Shown: positions 9,218-19,312, numbered from the stretch's first letter. The stretch: DNA of 60,272 nt from Candidatus Woesearchaeota archaeon (GCA_018303325.1 JAGVYH010000004.1:1-60272); one strand, 5' to 3'. Numbers and translations are program-made. Notes: generated by a model from the sequence alone, not told the origin.

Positions 9218-10603
9218 ATGAAAAAAAGAGGATATTTAGTTATAATCTCAGTAGTAGCAATAATTCTTTTAGTTAGTTTTGCCGCTGGAGAATGCACTGC
9301 CCCATCAAGTAATCTTACATCAACTAATTTTGTTATAGATAAAAATACAGAGCTATGCACAGCAGATTACAATATTAATGAAGGTATAATTATTGGCAAT
9401 GATAATGTTCTGCTAAACTGCAACAATGCAAAAATAATCGGTGAGTTTAGCGGTATAGGAATTAAAATAGAGGAAAAGAATAATATCAAAATAATTAACT
9501 GCACTATTAAAGATTTTTCAACAGGCATTTATATAGAGGATTCAACAAAAATAAGCATTACTAATAATATCTTAGATAATAATCGAATAGGAATTATTCT
9601 TGAGAATTCTCCAGATATTGCAATGAATAATAATATTGACACAAGTTATTTAAAACCAATAGAAATCATTGAAACAAATGACAATGAAAAAAATAAAGAA
9701 AGTAATAATGAGCCTGATTCTGAAAATGCTGGAACTAACATCACAGAAACAAATGATGAAAAAGAAACAGAAAATGAAAATATAAAAGAAACAACTGAAC
9801 AAAGCAAAGAAAAAATAAAAGAAAACTTAAAAGAAATAAATAAAAGTTTAAAAGAAATTAATAAAGAAACAGAAACCTCCTATTTAAAAGAGACTGTGAT
9901 AAACAATCCGCCTGACACATTTCTTCCAGTAAGAACCTCTGACAAAATAAAAGCACTGCAGTCAGTAGAAATCTCAAAAACAAGAACTTTAGCAATAGAT
10001 AAAACAGGAAAAGAAAAAACAACGTATAAAACAGCGATAAAAGCACTAAAAGATATTAAGGGGTTGGTTATTTACGAATATTTCCCAAAATCAGTTGCAG
10101 AAAATGTCAAAGAAATTAATTTTGAGAGTGATAATGATTTTGGCGATGCTGATTTTGAAAATAAAAACACCAAATTTATTCTTATTGAAGAAGACCCTTT
10201 GGTAAAAAAAGAGGTTGGTGATTTAAAAAAAGATGAAGTTGTCACTATTACTTACAGCCTTGATAGAGCAATCTCAGGAGACACAAACCCCAGCAGTGTT
10301 GTGACAATAGAGAATTCATCAAGACTGATTAGCACATTAGCCAATATATCATACATATTAGCATTGTATCTTGTATTAGTGCTTGTTAAAAAATACAAGG
10401 CAGATAACCTGCTTAAGGAATTCAAAACCAAAACAAAAAAGTTGTTGGGTGTGCCTTTTCCTATTGCTTACATTGTGCTTTCAGTTGTTCCAAGTGTAAA
10501 TTATAGATTTCTGGCAAGCGAAAACATGGCTGTTTTGTTTTATGTTGTGATGATACTTATTTTGTTAGGAATAATAATCTCTTTGGTGAAAAAGAAGGAA
10601 TGA
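9218..10603 (+). CDS. Surface protein with parallel beta-helix (NosD/pectin-lyase-like) domain and C-terminal TM helices
   Basis: Signal peptide; GIKIEEKNNIKIINCTI/GIYIEDSTKISITNNIL repeats; three C-terminal hydrophobic segments. Confidence 0.7.
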   Translation: MKKRGYLVIISVVAIILLVSFAAGECTAPSSNLTSTNFVIDKNTELCTADYNINEGIIIGNDNVLLNCNNAKIIGEFSGIGIKIEEKNNIKIINCTIKDFSTGIYIEDSTKISITNNILDNNRIGIILENSPDIAMNNNIDTSYLKPIEIIETNDNEKNKESNNEPDSENAGTNITETNDEKETENENIKETTEQSKEKIKENLKEINKSLKEINKETETSYLKETVINNPPDTFLPVRTSDKIKALQSVEISKTRTLAIDKTGKEKTTYKTAIKALKDIKGLVIYEYFPKSVAENVKEINFESDNDFGDADFENKNTKFILIEEDPLVKKEVGDLKKDEVVTITYSLDRAISGDTNPSSVVTIENSSRLISTLANISYILALYLVLVLVKKYKADNLLKEFKTKTKKLLGVPFPIAYIVLSVVPSVNYRFLASENMAVLFYVVMILILLGIIISLVKKKE

Positions 10604-10864
10604 GAAGCTTTAACTTTATCAGTCTGCTCAGTAATATCTTTGAGCTTGTTCTCAACTTGTTGAAGATGGGAGCTCATTTTCCCACCTCAAAGACTTCTCC
10701 ACATTCTGTGCCGAAGATAATCTCTCCTACAATCTCATATTCGCAAAAATGTTTTTTGTTTTATAAAATTGGTTAATTATCGATAATTTTTCGGTTTTCT
10801 CCGAAAAGCTGTCTGTTCCACTACTGCATATAGTTTTAAATAGAAAAGATTACAAATTCATTAT

Positions 10865-11317
10865 ATGTACAACTTAAAACAATTTAATGGAACTTTTAAG
10901 GGCATAATTGGTGAATGTCTCTTTAAATTTACTAAGAAGGATGTTATTATTCCTAAATTTTTTAATAAAAATAAATATTCTCTAATCTTTGGAAGATATT
11001 TTAATGAAGCACAGATTAGATTTCTTATTGATAACTGGTATTCAATAGACGCAATAGAAATATTATTTGAACGTGGAAGGAATAAAATAATTCTTTACGA
11101 AGTTAAAACAAATAATTATGAAAGAATAGAAAAAGGATTCAGAACAAAAATAACACAATCAACTGTAGATATTTACAATAAAGCAAAGAAATTAGGTTTT
11201 GATGTTAAGACAGCTTATGTTCTACTCCTCGATAATTGGAATTATGGTGTTGAAATAAATGAATTTAAAGCAGAGGATTTTTGTGTTGACAGACCAAAAG
11301 TATATGACAAACATTAG
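10865..11317 (+). CDS. PD-(D/E)xK nuclease-fold protein
   Basis: GIIGE...SIDAIE...LYEVKT motif arrangement. Confidence 0.6.
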   Translation: MYNLKQFNGTFKGIIGECLFKFTKKDVIIPKFFNKNKYSLIFGRYFNEAQIRFLIDNWYSIDAIEILFERGRNKIILYEVKTNNYERIEKGFRTKITQSTVDIYNKAKKLGFDVKTAYVLLLDNWNYGVEINEFKAEDFCVDRPKVYDKH

Positions 11318-11393
11318 TGTAAGTATAGCTACTTTTCTTTATATTGATAACTTGTTTGATATAAAATTATACCAAGAAAAATATAAAGAAAAG

Positions 11394-11504
11394 TAGCCCC
11401 GGACGGATTCGAACCGTCGTCCAAGCCTTTCTTTACTTAGGTTTTAAAGCCAATCATAATTAAGCTCCAAAGGGCTCGATGATGGACCGCTACACTACGG
11501 GGCT
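11394..11504 (-). tRNA. tRNA-Gln(TTG) with 38-nt canonical 37/38 intron (11429-11466)
   Basis: AGCCCCG/CGGGGCT acceptor stem, GAGCC/GGCTT anticodon stem, GGTTCGAATCC T arm. BHB helix CTTT/AAAG with outer GCTTA/TAAGT. Confidence 0.95.
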
Positions 11505-11627
11505 GTCATTGGTGATGTTAGTGTAGCAAAAGTTAAAGGCTATTTAAAAATATTTCGCTGAGAAGATTATAAGAAAGGGATTATCCATCGTATTATAGAA
11601 AAGAGGGTATACTTTCAAAAGAGTTTA

Positions 11628-11720
11628 TATACTAAAAGTGCAAAATAATCGAACATTATTTTGCACTTTTGTATATACAAAAGTGATTAATTTGTTCGAA
11701 AATTAATCACTTTTAGTATA
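11628..11720. mobile_element. Complete family-1 inverted palindromic doublet
   Basis: Two ~48-nt hairpins in opposite orientation, TATA at both ends, flanked by 36-bp direct repeats (34/36 identical). Confidence 0.8.
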
Positions 11721-11760
11721 GAAAAGAAGTTATACTTTCAAAAGAGTTTATACAATCAGT

Positions 11761-12375
11761 TCACGCATTCTGCAAATTTTCCAGATATCCTTCTTCAAGA
11801 TAATATTTTGATTTTGACTTGCAGTAATAAACAGTTATTTTTGTTCTTGAATCATTGTTGCTCAACCCGAGAACATCTATTAATTTCTGGATAACTCGCT
11901 CTTCATTTATTTTATACTGCTCATATAGAATTATATCCACATCCATGATATCTGAATCTCGTATAAACACGCGGTTATTAACAGGCTCATTATTTACTCT
12001 GAATACCCATGCCTCGCTGTTATATTCGTTAGAAGTCCTTTTTATATCAACCTTTAGTTCTTGTGTTTGGCTTATTTTTAATGCAACAATCTCATTAAAT
12101 GTTTTTAGCTGAGACTGCATTAAACAATTAATCATCTCTTTTGCCTCTTCAATATTCTTGCAGAAGAACTCTTCATTGAAGTTTATATTATTCTGCGCAA
12201 CATATTTTAGGTATATAACCCATCTTTCGCTAGAAGATTCTTCATTTTCTTGAATTTCTCTTACAGATACTCCTCTTATAGATTCTTCTTTTCTTGCCTC
12301 TATTCTTATATCTAATTTAAGCATAGATGTTTCATACACAAGTACTTCATTCGTTTCAATGACCTTTTTCCACAT
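11761..12375 (-). CDS. Hypothetical protein
   Basis: 204-aa ORF with an upstream TATA box. No motif recognised. Confidence 0.65.
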   Translation of the reverse strand: MWKKVIETNEVLVYETSMLKLDIRIEARKEESIRGVSVREIQENEESSSERWVIYLKYVAQNNINFNEEFFCKNIEEAKEMINCLMQSQLKTFNEIVALKISQTQELKVDIKRTSNEYNSEAWVFRVNNEPVNNRVFIRDSDIMDVDIILYEQYKINEERVIQKLIDVLGLSNNDSRTKITVYYCKSKSKYYLEEGYLENLQNA

Positions 12376-12504
12376 ACAGTATATTAATGTGTATACTAGT
12401 TTATATATTTTTCTTTTTTGAACCGAAAAACAGCAAGTGAAGCTCCCAATCGCAGCAAAACTATGAGAATTTCTTTCTGATTAAACAGAAAAATATAAAA
12501 AGCG

Positions 12505-12522
12505 CACTATAGTCACTATAGT
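12505..12522 (+). promoter_or_regulatory. Putative operator: tandem ACTATAGT palindromes between TATA and ATG
   Basis: CACTATAGT-CACTATAGT lies downstream of AATATAAA (12492-12499) and 3 nt before the start codon. Confidence 0.6.
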
Positions 12523-12525
12523 AAT

Positions 12526-14067
12526 ATGAAAGAAAATAGCTCTACAACCATATGGATAAAAGCTAAAACCAAAGAATTATTGGATAAAGCAGGAAGTAAA
12601 GGTGAAACTTACGATGACATAATAAATAGACTGCTTTCCAAAAGCATAACTCAAATCCCTGTAAATGTAAGCAATCTTAAGATTTACAGGCAAGGTGTTG
12701 AGGCAAGACCTTATTTTGTGTCAATACCTTATGTTTGCGCACTTAAAAGATTGGGTATTAAAACTTCTTTTGCTTATTATGCTGGTAAGAAAAACTACAG
12801 TTATTGGAGTCAGGATGTTACAACAAAGTTAGCAATGGAAGAGATTATGAAACATGTTAATGATGGCAGTTATATTCAAAAAAAAATTAGTGAATGGGAA
12901 TTTATAGTTGAAGAGCAAATAGCAATAGAAAAAAAATTAACTAATTTAGGGAAAATGAGTAATGAGGAGTTAATTGGAACTCTTCGGAAAATCAAAGCAG
13001 TCATAGAATCCTCATGGGAAATAGGAATAATGATAGAATTATTTGACCCCGACAGCGAAGGCATTATTATGGAACTGCTCAATAAGTATGACAAAAATAA
13101 TATTTCCCAAAAAGAGTTTCAAATGCTTTGCTTGCCTGAGATATTAACTTATATTCAAAAAGAGCTTCTCAGCCTTTATGAAATTGCAGAAAAAAAAGAT
13201 TATGGACAATTAGATGAGCATGCCCGCAGATTTTTCTGGATAAAAAACACATGGGCAGACACAGTTGTATTGGACAAAAATTTTTTCAGAGCAAAGATTG
13301 CAAGGCTTGAAGAGGAAGGCATAAATTTCAGGTTAGAACTGGAAAAGATTTATGAAAATCTAAATAATCTTAAAAAAGAAAGGAAAAGGATTTTGGAAAA
13401 TAAAACCTGCTCAGTTAAGATAAGAAGGGCAGTTGAATTTTTTGAGATAATGACACTATGGAGAGAGAGAAGAAAAAAATATGCGCTAATCAGCAATCAT
13501 TATCTTAATCTGTTTGCAAAGGAAATTTCTAAGCGCTCTAACGTCAAGCACGAATTATTAATGTATTCTTATGCAGATGAGCTTGAATTGCCGATGGATG
13601 AAACCTTTGTTGAAGAGCTCAGAAAAAGAGAAAAAATTTGCCTCCAATATGTTGATGAGCAGGGAATTCATTTTGTCTCTGGGAAAGTTGTAGAGGATTT
13701 TGTAGAAGAGATAAAAGGCATGACAGAGCAGCAGGTTGCAAGGCTCTACGGCAATGTTGCCAACCCAGGCAAAGTTGAAGGCATTGCAAAAATAATTTTC
13801 ATAACATCTGATATGATCAAGATGGAGAAAGGCGACATACTTGTCTCACCTTGTACAAGACCAGAATATGTGCCAGCAATGAAAAAGGCTTCTGCGATTA
13901 TTACAGACGAAGGAGGCATCACCAGCCATGCAGCGATTGTTTCAAGGGAATTAGGCGTGCCTTGTATTGTTGGATTAAGGAACGCAACTGATGTGATTAA
14001 AGACGGCGATTTAATTCTGGTTAATGCAAACCATGGGATTGTGCAGATAATGAAGAGGAAGGGATAA
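12526..14067 (+). CDS. RHH-like DNA-binding domain fused to PEP-utilising enzyme mobile (phospho-His) domain protein
   Basis: N-terminus TTIWIKAKTKELLDKAGSKGETYDDIINRLL; C-terminus GDILVSPCTRPEYVPAMKKASAIITDEGGITSHAAIVSRELGVP. No ATP-grasp domain seen. Confidence 0.8.
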   Translation: MKENSSTTIWIKAKTKELLDKAGSKGETYDDIINRLLSKSITQIPVNVSNLKIYRQGVEARPYFVSIPYVCALKRLGIKTSFAYYAGKKNYSYWSQDVTTKLAMEEIMKHVNDGSYIQKKISEWEFIVEEQIAIEKKLTNLGKMSNEELIGTLRKIKAVIESSWEIGIMIELFDPDSEGIIMELLNKYDKNNISQKEFQMLCLPEILTYIQKELLSLYEIAEKKDYGQLDEHARRFFWIKNTWADTVVLDKNFFRAKIARLEEEGINFRLELEKIYENLNNLKKERKRILENKTCSVKIRRAVEFFEIMTLWRERRKKYALISNHYLNLFAKEISKRSNVKHELLMYSYADELELPMDETFVEELRKREKICLQYVDEQGIHFVSGKVVEDFVEEIKGMTEQQVARLYGNVANPGKVEGIAKIIFITSDMIKMEKGDILVSPCTRPEYVPAMKKASAIITDEGGITSHAAIVSRELGVPCIVGLRNATDVIKDGDLILVNANHGIVQIMKRKG

Positions 14068-14199
14068 TATTTTTATTTTTTATTTTAAATGTTTGCATTG
14101 GTAATTTTTTATTAATACACTCCGATTCAACAGTATTTAATATTCTTCAACTTCGGAAAATTTTAGAAAAAAGATGGAAACATTTATATATTAGTTAAG

Positions 14200-14235
14200 C
14201 TACATCACATTTAATAAGCTTAATTTGTGATGTAG
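14200..14235 (+). promoter_or_regulatory. Inverted-repeat operator upstream of an HTH/nucleotidyltransferase pair
   Basis: CTACATCACA-N16-TGTGATGTAG between the TATA box and ATG 14237. Confidence 0.6.
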
Positions 14236-14236
14236 A

Positions 14237-14860
14237 ATGGATATAAAAACTCTTGCAAAAAGACTGGAAGGGCTTCATACAGTGGAAACTATTCAAGACA
14301 AGCTTAAAATCTCCAGAAGAACAGCGATAAATTACGTTTCAACGTTAAGAAAAGAAGGATATGTTAATGCATTAAGAGGCCGCGGAAAAAGATTATACTC
14401 TATTTCACCCATTATTATGAAGCTGGATGGAGAGCTTGGATTGCATGAAACAATAAACAGGTATTCAAATGTAAAATTAACTATACCTTACCATAATAGA
14501 ATTCATGGAAAAAAATATAGAGTAGAAGATGCCATTATTGAAGCGATAAAAACAGAAAATTATAGAGTAATAATTGCTGCTATGCCTTTATTTAATCATG
14601 TAAAAGACTGGAGTTTATTATACAGACTGGCAAAAGAGAATAATGTTGCGAACAGAGTCGGTGCACTTTATGATTTAGCAAGAACGATAATAAGAACAAA
14701 AAAAATGGATAAGAGAACAGAACTCAGCCTTAACAGATATAGAAAAAAGGCATATCTTATTGGAATAAATCAGGAAAAAGAGTATAAAGATATAGGCAAA
14801 AAATGGAATGTTGTAATTGGATTAAGAAAAGGAGATTTGATGAGATTAAAAGAATGGTAA
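14237..14860 (+). CDS. Winged-HTH protein, AbiEi-like antitoxin candidate
   Basis: IQDKLKISRRTAINYVSTLRKEGYV HTH, directly upstream of a nucleotidyltransferase. Confidence 0.6.
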   Translation: MDIKTLAKRLEGLHTVETIQDKLKISRRTAINYVSTLRKEGYVNALRGRGKRLYSISPIIMKLDGELGLHETINRYSNVKLTIPYHNRIHGKKYRVEDAIIEAIKTENYRVIIAAMPLFNHVKDWSLLYRLAKENNVANRVGALYDLARTIIRTKKMDKRTELSLNRYRKKAYLIGINQEKEYKDIGKKWNVVIGLRKGDLMRLKEW

Positions 14861-14928
14861 GTATAAATGAATTATTGCAAATTATTGCAGGAAAAAGAAA
14901 AGTGAACCAACATTAAGGTGATTGCAGC

Positions 14929-15621
14929 ATGATAGATTATAATGAACAGTCAAAATTGTTTGAAGCAATAGGCAGAATATTGAAAAGAAAGATTGAAGTG
15001 TATTTAATCGGCGGCTCAGCCATGCTTTTTTACAATGCGAAAAAGGCAACAAAAGATATAGATATTGTAACTGCTTCAAAACCTGATTTTAACGAATTAA
15101 TAGATGCTCTGAAAAAAATGGGATTTTATGAAAAGCCGCCATTTATTAACATAAAATATAATGAAGTTGCAGTCGATAAACCAAAATTTATGATATTAAA
15201 AGACTGGCGAATAGATATATTTCTCAATAAGATTGTTTGTTTTGTTCTTACTGACACAATGAAATCAAGAGCAACACAATCACATGAATACTCTAATCTT
15301 ATTGTGAAAATAATTTCTCCTGAAGACATAATCCTGCTCAAATGTGCAACAGAAAGAGAGGGTGACAGGATAGATGCAAAACAACTAATTGATAACTATA
15401 ATATAAATTGGTATACAATAATAGAAGAAGCAGGACATCAGTCAAGATTAGGGCAAGATTTGTTTGTGGTTTACCTGTATGATTTTCTCGGAGAGCTTAA
15501 AGAAGATTTAAAGGCAGATATCCCTCTAAAAGTGATAAGAGAAATAAGAATGATTGGTGAAAAGGCAATGATAAAACTGATAAAAGAAAAAGAGGATAGA
15601 AGGAAGAGAAGAGGTAAGTAA
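14929..15621 (+). CDS. Nucleotidyltransferase (DUF6036/AbiEii-like) toxin candidate
   Basis: LIGGSAM...ATKDIDIV and SPEDIILLKCATEREGDRID motifs. Confidence 0.75.
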   Translation: MIDYNEQSKLFEAIGRILKRKIEVYLIGGSAMLFYNAKKATKDIDIVTASKPDFNELIDALKKMGFYEKPPFINIKYNEVAVDKPKFMILKDWRIDIFLNKIVCFVLTDTMKSRATQSHEYSNLIVKIISPEDIILLKCATEREGDRIDAKQLIDNYNINWYTIIEEAGHQSRLGQDLFVVYLYDFLGELKEDLKADIPLKVIREIRMIGEKAMIKLIKEKEDRRKRRGK

Positions 15622-15736
15622 CTGAGAAAGAGGAGAAAGAAAAAGGATAAATAACAGAAAGGAAAAGAGGAAAGGGGAAAGAAAAAATATAGCGTGAAGA
15701 AAGTTTAAATGACTTCTTCTCAATGGAATTTTTTAT

Positions 15737-15833
15737 ATATAGGCACGGACATTAATTATTGAGCATAAGATTCCGTGCCTATATGTTGCAAACACACTAA
15801 TTTTAGTGATAAGACTTTATGTGTTTGCAACAT
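15737..15833. repeat. Family-2 hairpin doublet
   Basis: ATATAGGCACGGA/TCCGTGCCTATAT and ATGTTGCAAACAC/GTGTTTGCAACAT stems with related AT-rich loops. Confidence 0.7.
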
Positions 15834-15946
15834 TGGTTCCTCCACTATAATTATACCTTCTGATATTATTTAATATTATCTTTTTCCATTAAGTATATAT
15901 TTCAGTTCATATATAATTATAAATGAACCAATAACCCTTTAATACT

Positions 15947-17776
15947 ATGAACTTAGTTAAATCCCGTGGTATAGTTAGACCCTATAGTAATTACTTTGTT
16001 TTTGATCCGGTTCAAGAGTTCTTAGTTTATTTAAGACATCGTGATACTGAAGTATTAAGGGAAGTAACACTTGGGTATAAAGAGAATGAACACTTTAGAA
16101 CGAAATTAGTTGCTTCAAATATTGGTAAAAAAAGAGATATGCAAGAGTTATTATTTCAACTTCAATTTCATGGTTTTGCAGGAAAGATAAACAATAATTT
16201 AAAATATAGCTTTAAAATTCCAAAAAAACGTTTGACTCAAAACGATATATTAAATAAAATCATAGTGGATGATGAAAAAACAATTAGATTAGCACATGAG
16301 ATTAAAGATGGTTTAGACCCAGAAAAAAGAGACAAGCCTGCTCATTTATTATACGCAATTAAACGATGGATGAGAAATATTTCATATAACCTTCTTGCAG
16401 ACCACAGTTCAGAAACAGTTCTTTCACTGAAAGAAGGAAATTCTGTAGGACAGTCAAGATTATTTTGTGCATTGGCAAGAACATTGGGGATACCGAGTGA
16501 AATGGTAATGGGTATAATGATAAATGAGAAGATGATTCCAAAATTATCTGATCATACACTTCATTATTCACATCAATATACACAGATCACTATTGACGAT
16601 TATTTTCATGATTTTACTTATAAATGTGATCAAGAGTTATATGGTAATTTTTGGGGTGATGTTGCATGGCAGCATGCCTTTACTTTATTTAAGTTAGCCA
16701 AAGAGAATAGATTAAACGCAACAAAACAATTATTGGCAGATAGAACAAATGAACTGGGATATCATGTTTGGGTAAGAGCTACATTACCACAAGGAATAAT
16801 ATTTTTAGATCCGACATTTGATTATATTAATTATTTGAGATATAAACAGTTATATGGTTATCCAATTTTTAGCGAAGGCAAATTTTCTGATGACTTGGCA
16901 CCAATTATACTTTCAAGTAATGATTATGTAAACAGCGATTTATTAAATGATTTAGACAATTTATTTAATGATTCACCATTAAGATATATACTAAGAATAA
17001 ATGAAGCCAAAAAGAGGATTAAATCATTAACAGCAAACAATGATAAATTAAACCGTGGTCATAAAACTAGAGCTTTGCCAGAAAAACCGTGGTGGACAGA
17101 TGAAACAAGATTAGAAGCATATGCTAAAGAAAACAGATGGGAAAATATGAGTGAATTAGAGCTACTTGCTAGTTTAAGAACGTATAATATTCCTGTTGAC
17201 GTTTATGAGTCTTACTCTGGAAGAGAGATTTCTTTTGAAAGTTTAGATAAATTCTGGATTGGGTTAAATGAGCCTAATAAAGATAATGTTGAAGTAATTG
17301 CATCAACAACAGATGAAACAAGTGCAACCGCAGATAACATTGGTAAAGAACATGTTGTTTATGAAAATAATGGTAAATTATTTTTGTCATATTCCAAGCT
17401 GCTTTATTTAGTTGCCGACGGTAAAGTTACTGAAGACGAAATGAGAAGGGGATTATTCTTTTTTGGTTGCCCTGTGCAATATTTTGAAGATACTGACAAT
17501 GATATAATTATAACCTCAATTAATTTAGCACAAACTGAAGAGGAAAAAACAAGATTTTTAGAGTCATATGATATTATGAAACGTGTTGTCAGCATTGCTT
17601 CGGCAGAAGGAAGAACTTATTTTAAAAGTAAAGAAGGCCATGTTTCAATTCGCGATTTAAACAGATTTTTAAAGAGAAATGGTGTTGATGTGTCAGCTGT
17701 GGGGTTTGGAAAGAAAAGGTTTAATTATCCTGATGTAAAAAGAGATTATAATTCTGTTGTTGATGTTGTATATTAA
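15947..17776 (+). CDS. Transglutaminase-like domain protein (Ser at the catalytic Cys position)
   Basis: GNSVGQSRLFCALARTLGIPSEMVMG, YHVWV and LDPT motifs. Confidence 0.7.
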   Translation: MNLVKSRGIVRPYSNYFVFDPVQEFLVYLRHRDTEVLREVTLGYKENEHFRTKLVASNIGKKRDMQELLFQLQFHGFAGKINNNLKYSFKIPKKRLTQNDILNKIIVDDEKTIRLAHEIKDGLDPEKRDKPAHLLYAIKRWMRNISYNLLADHSSETVLSLKEGNSVGQSRLFCALARTLGIPSEMVMGIMINEKMIPKLSDHTLHYSHQYTQITIDDYFHDFTYKCDQELYGNFWGDVAWQHAFTLFKLAKENRLNATKQLLADRTNELGYHVWVRATLPQGIIFLDPTFDYINYLRYKQLYGYPIFSEGKFSDDLAPIILSSNDYVNSDLLNDLDNLFNDSPLRYILRINEAKKRIKSLTANNDKLNRGHKTRALPEKPWWTDETRLEAYAKENRWENMSELELLASLRTYNIPVDVYESYSGREISFESLDKFWIGLNEPNKDNVEVIASTTDETSATADNIGKEHVVYENNGKLFLSYSKLLYLVADGKVTEDEMRRGLFFFGCPVQYFEDTDNDIIITSINLAQTEEEKTRFLESYDIMKRVVSIASAEGRTYFKSKEGHVSIRDLNRFLKRNGVDVSAVGFGKKRFNYPDVKRDYNSVVDVVY

Positions 17777-17831
17777 ATGATTTTGTGAGATTGTGCCAAC
17801 TACTTTATTTTGTAGAACACAGTAGTTGAGA

Positions 17832-18593
17832 TTATATACTAAATGACTTTGCGCTCTTCCAGAATTCTTCAAAATAAGCTTTGAAGGAGTCAGCAACCTG
17901 CTTGTTCACTATTTCAATTGCAAAGGACTCAGGATATTGCATCACAATCAGTGTTGTATCTTTGTAAACCATAAAGCATGCTGGAGACTTTATGTCAGCA
18001 TTCATTTCTCTTGCCTCGCAAAGCTTGAATGAATTCCTATTAGCGATAATCTTTTTATCTATGCCTTTATTGAAAAGCATCCTTGTAGAAATGCCTAATT
18101 TTGCTCTTCTTACATGATCCCTTTGCCAGTACAGGTGCTGTTCTTCTGGCTGATATGCAGGAACACCTAAATATACATATTCTTCTCCTTTTTTGAGCTT
18201 CTCATATGAATGTTCATGAGCAGTTCTTATTCCTTTGAAACCTACATAAAAATTTGCTTGGCTTTTTGGAGACATTTTCTGATGTAGAAGCAATTGCGGA
18301 AGCATCTTCTCTACCTTTTTTTTGTTTTCCAATAATCTGTGCTCTCTCTCGTCGATGTATTCAATTATCTTTTTAGGGTTAGATGCCTGAAAATATCTTG
18401 TTTTCTCCTTTGTGATGCAGCTGACAAGTGCTTTCTGCATGAGTTTGTCGAGAATATGATAAATAATAGATCTCGCAATATTTGACTTTTCTATTATTGG
18501 TCCCGAGGTTGACAGACCTAGCTCTAACAATGCTAGATATACTTTAATTTCTCCGTCAGTAAGTCCTGCTTCTTTGAGATAGCTTGTGTCCAT
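17832..18593 (-). CDS. TrmB-family transcriptional regulator
   Basis: GLTDGEIKVYLALLELG...ARSIIYHILDKLMQKALV HTH plus a PLD-like effector domain. Confidence 0.85.
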   Translation of the reverse strand: MDTSYLKEAGLTDGEIKVYLALLELGLSTSGPIIEKSNIARSIIYHILDKLMQKALVSCITKEKTRYFQASNPKKIIEYIDEREHRLLENKKKVEKMLPQLLLHQKMSPKSQANFYVGFKGIRTAHEHSYEKLKKGEEYVYLGVPAYQPEEQHLYWQRDHVRRAKLGISTRMLFNKGIDKKIIANRNSFKLCEAREMNADIKSPACFMVYKDTTLIVMQYPESFAIEIVNKQVADSFKAYFEEFWKSAKSFSI

Positions 18594-18600
18594 TTTGAAT

Positions 18601-18697
18601 GTAAGATGGTTAGATGGTTTGATGGTATGAAGGAACTACGGATGGCACAGCAGAACGTTACCATCAAACTATCTGACCTTCAAACCTTCTTACCTTC
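18601..18697. repeat. Octamer-repeat inverted element, copy 2 (in the leader of the TrmB gene)
   Basis: Colinear with 3520-3620, including the ACTACGRATGGMAC spacer and CGTTACCATCAAAC. Confidence 0.7.
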
Positions 18698-18815
18698 AAG
18701 CAGTTGTTATATTTAAATCTTTCTATTGCTATACCAGTAGTGGTGGGCAAATATTTATATAAAGATATTACTTTAAAGTAGTAATCGGTGATTATAAAAC
18801 ATAGAAGGCAACAAG

Positions 18816-19274
18816 ATGAAATGGAAAATAAAGATTTACAAGCAAAAAGTGATTAGAAACGCTATAGGAAGCAGTGATCTCCTCCTCAGCGGCTTCTACT
18901 TGAATTATCGCGGAGAGTTTGTTCATGAAGAAGATATAACAAGCGAATATTGTGTAGAATCCCGCAGTTCGGTTTTAGGAAAAAAGCATCGTGAGAACAA
19001 TATACTTGAAAATGCAAAGAAGAAAACACAGTTTGAAGAAGAAGTTAAATCAACAGTAGAAAGGTATACATTTGCTGATCAACATTGTCTTTATTTTATT
19101 AGATTATATTATGTCAATCCTAAACAAGGCAGTGTTTATGTTATGGATCATGAGTATTGTCCTTGGGCAAATGAAAATAGTCGGTTTTCACCATTGATTT
19201 TGGGTAATGTCAGTGAGATAGTACATGGTTTCAAAAAAGATGAAATAGAAATGATGATGAAGTATTTGGGGTAA
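18816..19274 (+). CDS. Hypothetical protein divergent from TrmB
   Basis: 152-aa ORF; palindromic ATTACT-N7-AGTAAT downstream of its TATA box. Confidence 0.55.
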   Translation: MKWKIKIYKQKVIRNAIGSSDLLLSGFYLNYRGEFVHEEDITSEYCVESRSSVLGKKHRENNILENAKKKTQFEEEVKSTVERYTFADQHCLYFIRLYYVNPKQGSVYVMDHEYCPWANENSRFSPLILGNVSEIVHGFKKDEIEMMMKYLG

Positions 19275-19312
19275 ACAGAATGAAAAAGATTGTAACTTAC
19301 TTAAACTTAATG

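Noticed and set aside
11594-11752. CRISPR-like repeat-spacer-repeat (36-bp repeats)
   Set aside because: Only two repeats, the 'spacer' is an ~87-bp palindromic element found elsewhere, and no cas genes are present
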